A stretch of DNA of 38,294 nucleotides from Promethearchaeota archaeon (GTDB lineage Archaea > Asgardarchaeota > Lokiarchaeia > Sigyniarchaeales > SOKP01): the NCBI GenBank assembly GCA_016839585.1, contig JAEOTZ010000055.1, positions 1-38,294 of the forward strand, written 5' to 3'. Below are positions 1 through 9,640 of the stretch, piece by piece; positions within the stretch are counted from its first letter, which is position 1, and the number at the start of each line of letters is the position of its first letter. The notes beneath the pieces were generated by a model. The model had not been told where the DNA came from. It saw nothing but the letters and a program-made list of their open reading frames with translations, and made no database searches. The position numbers and the translations under genes are program-made.

Positions 1-2
1 AT

Positions 3-866
3 TACCAGGAAGCGCTTAATCTTTCAGAGCAAAACGATCTAATCACTGAAGAGATAAAATCAGCCAGCAATTTAGTTGAAGTCCTTTTGATGTTAAAGGA
101 TGCAGAGAGAATTAAAAAAATTTTATCAAGAAATTCTAAATTTTTTAAAGAAAGAGAAGATATCTATGGGATGATTCAAACTCATATTAAATATGGAAAA
201 TTTTACTATATTCTAGGAGAAGATTATGATCGAGCCTTTCAAAGTTTAAATAATGCATTAGGCTTAATAAATAGAATAGAAGATAAGGGTTCAATTTTTA
301 TTAAAGCAAAACTTGAGTGGGAATGTTTTCTTTATCTTGGAAAATTACATCTTTTAAGGGAAAACACTTTCGAAGCCGAAAGTTTATTATTAAAAAGTCT
401 TGAAGCAGTTAGAATTTTCGAAATATCAGAAGATATTAAAGAAGGAATAGTTTTAGAAAATCTTGCAAAAATATATGAATTAAAAGGAGACTATCTTAAA
501 TCAATTGATTATTATAATTATTCTATTGAAATTTATGATAAATATGGTGATAAATCTAAGATTGCTAAATTAAAAACAGCTATTGCTCAATTATATTTAG
601 ATTTTCTTGACAATAATTCAGAAGCAATTAAATATTTTGAAAGTGCATTAGCGATTTTTGAAGCTTTAGAATATTTTAAAGAATGCGCAGATATTTTTCA
701 AACTTTAGGAGATATTGCTATAAAAAAAGGAGAGATTGAGTTAGCTTTAGTTGATTTTGAAAGAGCAAAAAATTATTATAAAGAGCTTCAGGATGATTAT
801 AATGAGAATATAGTAAATGAGAAAATTAATTCTATATCTTACTCAAAATTTAGTAATGATAATTAA
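3..866 (+). CDS. TPR-repeat protein, 5'-truncated by the window edge
   Basis: The frame is open from position 3 (YQEALNLSEQNDLITEEIKSASNLVEVLL...) into the 87..866 ORF. Repeated TPR-like helices, e.g. ENLAKIYELKGDYLKSIDYYNYSIEI and QTLGDIAIKKGEIELALVDFERA. Confidence 0.85.
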   Translation, partial: YQEALNLSEQNDLITEEIKSASNLVEVLLMLKDAERIKKILSRNSKFFKEREDIYGMIQTHIKYGKFYYILGEDYDRAFQSLNNALGLINRIEDKGSIFIKAKLEWECFLYLGKLHLLRENTFEAESLLLKSLEAVRIFEISEDIKEGIVLENLAKIYELKGDYLKSIDYYNYSIEIYDKYGDKSKIAKLKTAIAQLYLDFLDNNSEAIKYFESALAIFEALEYFKECADIFQTLGDIAIKKGEIELALVDFERAKNYYKELQDDYNENIVNEKINSISYSKFSNDN

Positions 867-921
867 AACTCTTATGTTTAAATAATTAAAGTTTCCTGTT
901 TTTAGTTTAGTTTAATAAGAT

Positions 922-1578
922 TTATTCTAATTCTTCCTCTAATGTAAAATCATTTCTTTTATAAACTTTAACACCAAACTCTTCAAATCCCATTGAATTA
1001 ATAAAAAATTGTGAAGCAGAATTCTTTTCATATACCTCGCAACGAAGCTCAGTCACGCCTTTTTCTTTAAAGAAATTCCACGCTTCAAGCCCAAGTATAG
1101 TTCCTAATCCTTTTCTCTGATAGCGTATTTCTACACCTAATCCGCAGATGATTCCATATTCCTTTTTCAGACCTTCTCGATCAAGGATAATAAAACCAGC
1201 ATCATTGCCGTAAACTCTTGCGATAAGAATCACGGTATCTTGATAGTTATAGATATCTTTTAAAGCATCAACAGTAATAGGTGAATATGGTTCGTTTGAA
1301 GTCAACCATGCTCTATTATAGATATTTTTTACATTTTCCAAATCTTCTAATTTAGCTTCTCTGATCTTAGCACGAAGTATATTGTGCTCAACCTTTTCTT
1401 TTATTTTAAGTTCAAAATCAGGAGAAATTTTTTCAATGGGTAACCTCATTTGGATGTACTTTAAACCAACATTGATAAGTTCATCTTGTATATCTTCTTT
1501 GCTTTCAGAAGATTCTTCATAAGTTAAGAAAAAGCTTCTAATTCTTTTCTTTTTTAAATTTAATTTTGATTCAGACAT
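922..1578 (-). CDS. GNAT-family N-acetyltransferase (paralog 1)
   Basis: IREAKLEDLENVKNIY; acetyl-CoA loop YQRKGLGT; C-terminal EVYEKN...FINSMGF. Confidence 0.9.
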   Translation of the reverse strand: MSESKLNLKKKRIRSFFLTYEESSESKEDIQDELINVGLKYIQMRLPIEKISPDFELKIKEKVEHNILRAKIREAKLEDLENVKNIYNRAWLTSNEPYSPITVDALKDIYNYQDTVILIARVYGNDAGFIILDREGLKKEYGIICGLGVEIRYQRKGLGTILGLEAWNFFKEKGVTELRCEVYEKNSASQFFINSMGFEEFGVKVYKRNDFTLEEELE

Positions 1579-1644
1579 GATAATCTATTAAAAAGTAAAA
1601 ACAACATTTTATGAAATAGACTTAATTATAACAAAAAAGGTTTA

Positions 1645-2331
1645 CTATCCATTATCGTTAATATGAAAATCTTCCTTCTTATATGCCTTAGTTCCATATT
1701 CTTCAAATCCTATCCATTTGATAAAGGAATAGGATACTATATTATCTTTATAAACTTCACATTTAAGTTCTTTAACATGTTTATAATTTTCCTTAAGATA
1801 ATTCCATGCAGCCATCCCTAATATCGTCCCAAGCCCTCTTCTTTGAAAACGAGGCAATACTGCCAAAGCAGCAATTACTGCACATTCTTTATTTTCTCCT
1901 TCAAAATCAAGAATCACAAAAGCAGCGTCTTTGCCATACACTTTACCCATAAGGAAGATTGTATCTGGATCTTTAAAAATTTGTAATAAAGAGGTTTTCG
2001 TTATGGGTCTAAAAGGAGTATTGGATGTTAACCAACTTTTATTATATAAATTCTTAATGCTGTCAAGATCACTAGTGTTAGCCTCGCGTATGCTTGCATG
2101 AATAATGTTGTGATCAATTTTGTACTTCAATTCATCTTCAAATTCTTTAGTGATTTTATCAACGGGAAGTCTCATTTGAACATAAACCATTCCGTCTCGA
2201 TATATTTCCTCTGCTGCTTTATCTAATTCTTCTTTACGTTTTTTTTTCACTTCTATAGAATGAAAAAATGCTCTAATCCTTTTCTTTTTTAGATCTAATC
2301 TATTTTTGATATCGAATTTCGATCCTGACAT
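1645..2331 (-). CDS. GNAT-family N-acetyltransferase (paralog 2)
   Basis: IREANTSDLDSIKNLY; AVLPRFQRRGLGT; EVYKDN...FIKWIGF; colinear similarity to 922..1578. Confidence 0.9.
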   Translation of the reverse strand: MSGSKFDIKNRLDLKKKRIRAFFHSIEVKKKRKEELDKAAEEIYRDGMVYVQMRLPVDKITKEFEDELKYKIDHNIIHASIREANTSDLDSIKNLYNKSWLTSNTPFRPITKTSLLQIFKDPDTIFLMGKVYGKDAAFVILDFEGENKECAVIAALAVLPRFQRRGLGTILGMAAWNYLKENYKHVKELKCEVYKDNIVSYSFIKWIGFEEYGTKAYKKEDFHINDNG

Positions 2332-2355
2332 GATTTAAGAAAAAAAAATTAAGAT

Positions 2356-3987
2356 TTAGGGTAAAAATACGATATTTTCTCGTATTTTTCTTTCAATTAA
2401 TTCATTTATGAAAAGTTTATTCCTTAATTTAGAAATACCTGTCTGAATTATTTTCTTGAGATTAGGATCTTTAATCAAATTTTTCCTTTCACTTGAAAAT
2501 TCAAAGTTGGACCTAATAGCCATATTATCTTCAAGTTTTTTAGTTAATGTATTTTTTAAGCTGATAAAAGCATCAGAAACAGCTTCATATATATTGTTTG
2601 GATCACTTCGGATAAAACCTGGAAAAAGGATATTCATATATTCTTCCATTTTACCTTCATCCTCAATAAACATGGCATATATAGGCATATAAATCCATTG
2701 TATTGGCCTAGAAAACAATTCTGATTGACCATCATTTAAAGCCCATCCTGCTAAAGCTTGAGCTTCATGCAAACAATTATTTTGTTTAATTTGTATAATT
2801 TCTTTAATTTTTTCAAAAGATTGCTCAATTTTATTTTTTAAAAGCTCTAATTTAGATATATTTTCTTCTTTCTCGCTTTGAAATTCGGTTAATAATTTAT
2901 TTCTATCTTTTAATTTCATATCCAAAGACTCTTTAATACTTTCTAATTTACGATATGCTTCGTTATCTATTTGAATCGCCCGTTCTTTTAGCTCAATAAA
3001 TCTTTGGTTTAAACTATCTAATGAATCTATAAATTTTTGACCCTCTTCATTTAAGTAAGAAAAATGATTTTCAAAATGAGGTAAAAGATCCTTGAAAACT
3101 TTAGATTTTAAAGTATCTCCATGACTATAGAATTTATTATTTTTAACCATTTCCTCCAAATGATGTTCTACAGTTTTAAAAAGAGTTGAAATGCTTTCAA
3201 TTACTTTCTTTTTCTCATTTACATTCCATTGATCAATTTTATCTTGTTCGAATTTTACTTGATCATTAATTTGAGTTGGATCTATGGTCGATGTTGTTTT
3301 ACTTATTTGACTAGAATAACGTAAAGTAATATCCTTAAGTTGAACATTTAGGTCTATTAGCCATTTTTCAGCCTCTTTTCCAATTAACTCAATTTGAGTT
3401 TTCCACCTTAATGAATTACCTTTCATAGCATTTATTAAATTGCGATATTGCTCTGCAATATCTAAAGCACCCTCTGTAGTAATACTAGTATCTAAAACAG
3501 TATATTCAGTAATAGGTTTATATTCTATGAGGGGAATTATTTTTATTAAACCGTGAAGAAATTCTGGATTAATTAAACCATTTATAATGAGCGTATGGTA
3601 TTCAGATTCTTCAGTTTCTCCAATCTCTTCCGCTTCGATATCCTTATATGTTAATACTTCTATTATTTTGTTTAATTGTTCTGTTTTTGTTCTATTATCA
3701 ATATTTCTTAAAAGATGACCTATTAATGGTTGGCGTGGTGGATTCGAGAACTTATCTTTCTTACTAAATACAAGTAAACCATCTAATATTATATGAGTAC
3801 TAACAACACCTTGAACACATAATAATGGCCAGAGAAGTCTCGAGAAAGAAAGAATTTTTTCATTTTTTTTTAAATCTTTTGATAAAAGGTAAAATGCAAG
3901 AGTTAATTCATCATTTTCTTGAATAGCTGGTTGGTGAATATCTTTTCTAATAAAAAAGGGTAATAAATATTGATTTCCGTGGATCAT
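2356..3987 (-). CDS. Hypothetical protein with long central coiled coil
   Basis: 543-aa ORF; heptad-rich helical centre flanked by globular-looking ends; 24 bp from the next GNAT gene, so probably co-transcribed. Confidence 0.75.
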   Translation of the reverse strand: MIHGNQYLLPFFIRKDIHQPAIQENDELTLAFYLLSKDLKKNEKILSFSRLLWPLLCVQGVVSTHIILDGLLVFSKKDKFSNPPRQPLIGHLLRNIDNRTKTEQLNKIIEVLTYKDIEAEEIGETEESEYHTLIINGLINPEFLHGLIKIIPLIEYKPITEYTVLDTSITTEGALDIAEQYRNLINAMKGNSLRWKTQIELIGKEAEKWLIDLNVQLKDITLRYSSQISKTTSTIDPTQINDQVKFEQDKIDQWNVNEKKKVIESISTLFKTVEHHLEEMVKNNKFYSHGDTLKSKVFKDLLPHFENHFSYLNEEGQKFIDSLDSLNQRFIELKERAIQIDNEAYRKLESIKESLDMKLKDRNKLLTEFQSEKEENISKLELLKNKIEQSFEKIKEIIQIKQNNCLHEAQALAGWALNDGQSELFSRPIQWIYMPIYAMFIEDEGKMEEYMNILFPGFIRSDPNNIYEAVSDAFISLKNTLTKKLEDNMAIRSNFEFSSERKNLIKDPNLKKIIQTGISKLRNKLFINELIERKIRENIVFLP

Positions 3988-4212
3988 TGAAAAAGCCTTC
4001 TAAAATAATATAGTTATTCTTTATTTTATAATTTTGAATATATTTTAATTATAAAAGATTCAATTTTAAAACTTTGGTCTTTTTTTACTAAGAGTACAAA
4101 TTGTTTTTTTAACGCTGTTTTAGAAATTATTTATTGATTCTATGATATTGGTAAAAAAATTAAGGCTAGATTGAATAAAAGAACTTTAGTAATTGCAAGT
4201 TTTATAATCTAC

Positions 4213-5091
4213 CTATTTGAGTTGTTCGTAATTGTTAGCTATTACCATTATTAATAGGGCTAATAATATTATCAATGGAGGCATTATAGCTTGTAAATGG
4301 GGTAGATTAGCTACTTCAAGAGCTCCTTGTAATATTCTTCCAATGAAGTAAAGAAAAAATCCAATAGCATTTAGAGCATAAGATTTTCTTAAAACTCCAA
4401 AAGTTTTCCATGCTAAATAGATGAATATAAATGGAATAAGTGCAACAAATATAGGTAATAATATAAAATTCAAAAGAAATCTCCCAATTGGATATTCCCA
4501 TTCTCCAATTTTAATTGTAATTAGATCGATACTTATATTATAAGGGGAATCTTCAAAATCAGGATCCATGAAGAGTCTATCAGAAAGAGTTAATGCAAGA
4601 ATTCCAACGATTACTGGAATGACAATAAGCAAAACTCGGATAAAATATTTCACATTATTTTTATTTTGTAACCAATTTTTAACGTTTTGTAGTTTTTCCT
4701 GTTCAGAAGATTTCTGTTCTATTTGTGTATCGGGAGGAAATAATAATATACCTAAAATACCTACTGCGCAGGCAATTCCTATCCAAGTGAAAAATGTAGC
4801 AAGTCTATAGTTAAGCATTAAAAATTCAACAACTTCTTCTCTACTTAATTCAGCTAAGAGCTCTGGAGCATAATAATAATAAATAATGAAAAATATCCTT
4901 CCAATACCTAGAAATAAGAATAGCATACTAAAAAATAGCCAATATAACTTCTTTGAAGTCCGAAATCTTATTAATGTGAAATAAAAGAATAATAGGAAGA
5001 AGTATCCGACAATAATTCCATAAAGAAGCATCTCAATAGATGACCAGAATGTAAAATAATTAAAAGTGTCTTGAAAGATCATAATCATCAA
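4213..5091 (-). CDS. Integral membrane protein, about 7 TM helices
   Basis: Seven hydrophobic segments; no recognisable soluble domain. Confidence 0.8.
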   Translation of the reverse strand: MMIMIFQDTFNYFTFWSSIEMLLYGIIVGYFFLLFFYFTLIRFRTSKKLYWLFFSMLFLFLGIGRIFFIIYYYYAPELLAELSREEVVEFLMLNYRLATFFTWIGIACAVGILGILLFPPDTQIEQKSSEQEKLQNVKNWLQNKNNVKYFIRVLLIVIPVIVGILALTLSDRLFMDPDFEDSPYNISIDLITIKIGEWEYPIGRFLLNFILLPIFVALIPFIFIYLAWKTFGVLRKSYALNAIGFFLYFIGRILQGALEVANLPHLQAIMPPLIILLALLIMVIANNYEQLK

Positions 5092-5239
5092 TCTATTATT
5101 TTATAATCAAATTAAATTTGATATTATAACTTAAAATTATATTAATACTATCTTTTACTTATATAAAAATTTATATTATAAAATTGAATTTAAGGAATTC
5201 TTAAAATACAAATATTATCAAAGATTTTTAAAATCAATT

Positions 5240-6733
5240 ATGAAAATAAAAGACAGCGTTGTAACATTTAATTCATTGATTAAGCGACGTGGCTTTATAT
5301 GGGGCCCTTCGCCAGAGATTTATGGTGGATTAGCTGGATTTTATTCATATGGACCAGCCGGAATGGCACTTAAAAACAATATTATGGCTCTATTTAGGAA
5401 GGAATTGCGATATTTTGGATTTGGAGAGGTTGAATGCCCTACTATTATGCCAAGTATAGTTTGGGAAGCCTCAGGTCATCTGGAAAGATTTATAGATCCT
5501 GTTATAAGGTGTTCTAAATGTGATACTTTATATAGAGTGGATAAATTCCTTCAAGAAGTGCTGCCGGATCTGTTGGTTGATGGGTTATCCAATGACGAAA
5601 TGGAAAAATTAATAGAACAACATAATCTTACCTGTCCAAAATGTGGAACACCATTTAATAAAATAGAAAGTTATAATTTAATGTTGAAAACACAAGTAGG
5701 AAATAATGTAGATGCGTATTTACGTCCAGAAACAGCAACTACAACTTATTTATTATTTAATCGTTTAGATCAAGATGCAAGACGACAGTATCCAATAAAA
5801 GTTTATCAATTTGGTAAAGTTTATCGAAATGAGATATCTCCGAGACAAGGAGTCCTCCGAATGAGAGCTTTTGATCAGTTTGAACTTCAGTTGTTTATAA
5901 GTAAACAACAAGAAATGGATTTTGAAGATTATGAGGAAATTAAAACCAATAAACTTCCCCTATTGGATTGGAAGCTCCAAGAAAAAAATCTTGATAAACC
6001 ACAATTAATTTCCCTTGAGAATGCAATTAAAAAAGAACTTCTTAAAAAACCTGCTTATGCATATTGTCTTTATGTAGGCTATTACTTAACTAAAATTTTA
6101 GGTATTCCAGAACAAGTAATTAGATTTAGACAACATTCTATAAATGAGAGAGCTCACTATGCTGACGATGCTTGGGATTTAGAAATTGAAACAAAACAAT
6201 TTGGTTGGGTTGAGATATGTGGAATACATGATAGAACTGATTATGATTTAAGAAGGCATTCTGAATTTTCAAAACAAAATTTTGAGGTAAGTATGGGATC
6301 TGATCCTAAAATTAAAGAAATTCCGCAAGTCCTTGAAATTGCATTTGGAATCGATAGAATCATATACACTCTACTTGAAAACGCTTTTAATGTAGAAGAA
6401 GGCAGAATTGTATTAAAATTAGACCCACAATTAGCACCAAATACCGTAGCGGTATTTCCTCTAGTAAGAAATAAGGAGGATATAAGAAATCTAGCTATTA
6501 AAGCCCATAAAGATTTATTAGAAAATCGTTTGGGCTCATTTTTTGATTCTGCAGGTTCTATTGGTAAAAGATATAGAAGGCAAGACGAGTTGGGTACTCC
6601 ATTTTGTATTACAATTGATTATGAATCCTTAGAAGATAACTCTGTTACTATTAGAGAAAGAGATACAATGGATCAAATAAGAGTAGATATTTCAAAAATT
6701 TCTAAAGCAATTAAATTAAGATTGAAAATATGA
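5240..6733 (+). CDS. glyS: Glycine--tRNA ligase (archaeal/eukaryotic alpha2 type)
   Basis: RRGFIWGPSPEIYGG, WEASGH, YLRPETA, YRNEISPRQG, GSIGKRYRRQDELGTPFCITID anticodon-binding domain. Confidence 0.97.
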   Translation: MKIKDSVVTFNSLIKRRGFIWGPSPEIYGGLAGFYSYGPAGMALKNNIMALFRKELRYFGFGEVECPTIMPSIVWEASGHLERFIDPVIRCSKCDTLYRVDKFLQEVLPDLLVDGLSNDEMEKLIEQHNLTCPKCGTPFNKIESYNLMLKTQVGNNVDAYLRPETATTTYLLFNRLDQDARRQYPIKVYQFGKVYRNEISPRQGVLRMRAFDQFELQLFISKQQEMDFEDYEEIKTNKLPLLDWKLQEKNLDKPQLISLENAIKKELLKKPAYAYCLYVGYYLTKILGIPEQVIRFRQHSINERAHYADDAWDLEIETKQFGWVEICGIHDRTDYDLRRHSEFSKQNFEVSMGSDPKIKEIPQVLEIAFGIDRIIYTLLENAFNVEEGRIVLKLDPQLAPNTVAVFPLVRNKEDIRNLAIKAHKDLLENRLGSFFDSAGSIGKRYRRQDELGTPFCITIDYESLEDNSVTIRERDTMDQIRVDISKISKAIKLRLKI

Positions 6734-6891
6734 AATATTAACATTGTTAATAAATATTCTATTTTTGCGTAATATTAGGATCTTTTTATTATGTTCCAAA
6801 AAAATTTTAAAGAGAAGGATTTTTTAAAAATATAATTCAAATATAATTCTTTAGTTTGACAATTTATTATAAAAGCTGAATACAAATTACA

Positions 6892-9633
6892 ATGAATCTT
6901 TTTAATAATTTTGGTAAGAATAGAAAATATAATCGACAAGCTCTGAAAAAAGTATTTTGCCTTTTATTTTTGATAATTATTATTTTAAGTTTCTTAGAGA
7001 TTAATGATTTTTTCACTCTTTCATCTAATATTGATTCTTCCTCGGATACTAATCCTCAATTAGCAACAGATACTTCAATGCTTCAAGATCCTTTTACTAA
7101 AAACTTTGGTGTCTTACAACAATTTTTTGAAAGTAAATATAAATCAGATTTGGATTTAGGCATTGATCTATATGTTAGATATGGAGATAGAGAAGGAGAT
7201 ATTATAGATGACACCATATTTTCTGAGGATAATTTATTATTATACAAGTCATTAATGGGAACAAATCTTAGTCATATAGAAACATATGAGAAATATTTAG
7301 AATTAAGATCAACTCCCTTATGGTATGAGGAAAGTTTAGATCAATTTCAATATGGATTTATGAGATCTTTTGATAATACAACAGAGACTATAAAAGATGA
7401 TAATAGATATCTAATTGACAATCTAATGCCAATATTCTTATTAATTGAAAATATTGGTACTGATATGAAAGATATCGATATCAATGGAGACACACCAATA
7501 AAATCTATAGTGGAGATTTTCAATCTTATTAATTCTTCTGAATTTTGGGATAGCAGTAACATTGGTTTCAATCATCGTAACTCTACATCAAATGTTAAAT
7601 ATACTGAGTATAATTTGTATGGGATTCTAGCTAATTTATACATTCATAGACTCTTTGGGGAGCTCCAAGAGGAAAGTGAGATAAAAGATAGAGCATATGT
7701 ATTAGCAATCCAAACTATGGCAAAACTGATTGATAATATGTGGGATGATCCTCCCTATTTAGGTTTCTATTATAACGCTACAGGTTCATGGGTAACAGGA
7801 GCATTTGGTACTAAAGATAAATATCTAGATGTAAATGCCATAGGAATAATAACATTATTAGAATATTGGGTTGAAACTGGAATGAAAAATGATTCTTCTT
7901 ATCTCCAAAAAGCAATTGATCTTTATAATAAGTTAGATGAAGAGTTATGGGTACCTGGATTTGCTTATATGTATAAAGCAGACCAAGATTGGAGCAATCC
8001 TGACTCAGAATATAAACTTGAAGCAAACTCTATAATGATGAGTGCTTGTTTAAAATTATTTGAATTAACTGGAAACATTACCTATTATAATAGGGCTGAA
8101 GAAATATTTGATTATATTGAAAATAATTTATATGATGGCCCTTTAAATAAGGCATATGATTCTTCAAATACAGATACTAGTAAGAATTTACACTCTAATC
8201 TCAAGTTAAGTGAGGCTTATTTAAATGCTTTTGAAATTTATAATAGCACTGTTTTAAGATCAGTCTATAATGTATCAGATGATGTTCCAAATTTTATATT
8301 TTTTCAAGATCGCATGAATTTAACTACTACATATTCTTTTGAGAAACCAATGCTATATTACAATCCCGATAATTTATCTTTTGTAATGACGAAATTATCC
8401 TATGATATTACTAACGCCGATATTCATTACCTTTTTAAATATCCCAATGGAACTTTCTTTAAGCAATTTGAATATCCTAACAATCCAGATACTTCACACA
8501 CTTTTTTATATAATATTCCAGAGACTTTATCTATTGGAAATGGATATAACATATATGTATGGGCTAATACAACTTACTTTAGTTTCGCTGAGATTATTAA
8601 GACCTTTAATGTGAATTCTGGTTTAGTGAATAATACAATAAAAGGAATGGTTAGCATATTATATCAGGGTCTAGTTTTAAATGTAACTGTTCCAATTAAC
8701 AATACTCGTAATGAAGATGTGACTTTATCAGCAATTTTAGAAGGAGAGCAAATTAAAAGTTATCCTACTCAAATTATAAATTTTACATCATTCGAAATTA
8801 CAGAAGTATCTTTTAATCTAACTGCAAAATTTGGAGCAGTTCTAGGAAGTACTAAAATACACTTTAAATTCATAAAAGGCAATAATATTTATTTAGAAAT
8901 TATAAAAATTATAGAAATTGGATATTCATTTGCCTATGAAGGTTTTATGTATGATAGTAAAATTGTGAGTGGAGATCAAATTTCAGTTGCTATGAATTTA
9001 ATTAATTTCTTGCCAAATGCTACACAATCGTTAAATGTAAGTTTTACAGGAGAATTTATTGATGACTTCATTAGCGAGGAGTATTTAGCTAAAAGACAGA
9101 TAAAAACGGTATACTATGAATTAAACTCCTCTGAGAATATTATATATGATACAATTGAGATTGAAATGAGTATTACCATCAATAAGACTATCTATTATAC
9201 AGAAACTATAGTTATTGAAATACTCCCTAAATTTGAAATTATTAGTGTATCATTCCCAAAGAAGGTTTCTCAAGGAAGTACAGCCTATTTTATTCTGATT
9301 ATAAAGAATAATCGTGAAGAATCAGAAATTTTTTCATTATACGTAAATAATAAAAAAGTTAGCACAAATATAAACCAGTTAGCTCTTGGAGAAAATAGGA
9401 TTGTTAAAAAAATAACGCTACCATTTAATCCTTATGATTTTGGATCAAAATCGTACACATTTTTATTAGAAGATAGTTCAGGAGAGGAAATTGCACAATT
9501 TTATTTTGAAATTACTATAGAATTATCCACATTTAATTTAATAATATTTTATTTCTTACCTATTATAATTCCGATTGGGATAATATTATATTTTAAGAAT
9601 AAACATATAAAAATTAAAAAATTGAGGAGATGA
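6892..9633 (+). CDS. Large cell-surface protein: signal/TM, putative (alpha/alpha)6 six-hairpin glycosidase-like domain, beta-sandwich stalk, C-terminal TM anchor
   Basis: Hydrophobic N-terminus. Helical repeats such as YLQKAIDLYNKLDEELW and YYNRAEEIFDYIENNLYD resemble GH76/AGE-type toroids. Many NxS/T sequons; C-terminal TM plus basic tail. Confidence 0.65.
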   Translation: MNLFNNFGKNRKYNRQALKKVFCLLFLIIIILSFLEINDFFTLSSNIDSSSDTNPQLATDTSMLQDPFTKNFGVLQQFFESKYKSDLDLGIDLYVRYGDREGDIIDDTIFSEDNLLLYKSLMGTNLSHIETYEKYLELRSTPLWYEESLDQFQYGFMRSFDNTTETIKDDNRYLIDNLMPIFLLIENIGTDMKDIDINGDTPIKSIVEIFNLINSSEFWDSSNIGFNHRNSTSNVKYTEYNLYGILANLYIHRLFGELQEESEIKDRAYVLAIQTMAKLIDNMWDDPPYLGFYYNATGSWVTGAFGTKDKYLDVNAIGIITLLEYWVETGMKNDSSYLQKAIDLYNKLDEELWVPGFAYMYKADQDWSNPDSEYKLEANSIMMSACLKLFELTGNITYYNRAEEIFDYIENNLYDGPLNKAYDSSNTDTSKNLHSNLKLSEAYLNAFEIYNSTVLRSVYNVSDDVPNFIFFQDRMNLTTTYSFEKPMLYYNPDNLSFVMTKLSYDITNADIHYLFKYPNGTFFKQFEYPNNPDTSHTFLYNIPETLSIGNGYNIYVWANTTYFSFAEIIKTFNVNSGLVNNTIKGMVSILYQGLVLNVTVPINNTRNEDVTLSAILEGEQIKSYPTQIINFTSFEITEVSFNLTAKFGAVLGSTKIHFKFIKGNNIYLEIIKIIEIGYSFAYEGFMYDSKIVSGDQISVAMNLINFLPNATQSLNVSFTGEFIDDFISEEYLAKRQIKTVYYELNSSENIIYDTIEIEMSITINKTIYYTETIVIEILPKFEIISVSFPKKVSQGSTAYFILIIKNNREESEIFSLYVNNKKVSTNINQLALGENRIVKKITLPFNPYDFGSKSYTFLLEDSSGEEIAQFYFEITIELSTFNLIIFYFLPIIIPIGIILYFKNKHIKIKKLRR

Positions 9634-9640
9634 CCTAAGA

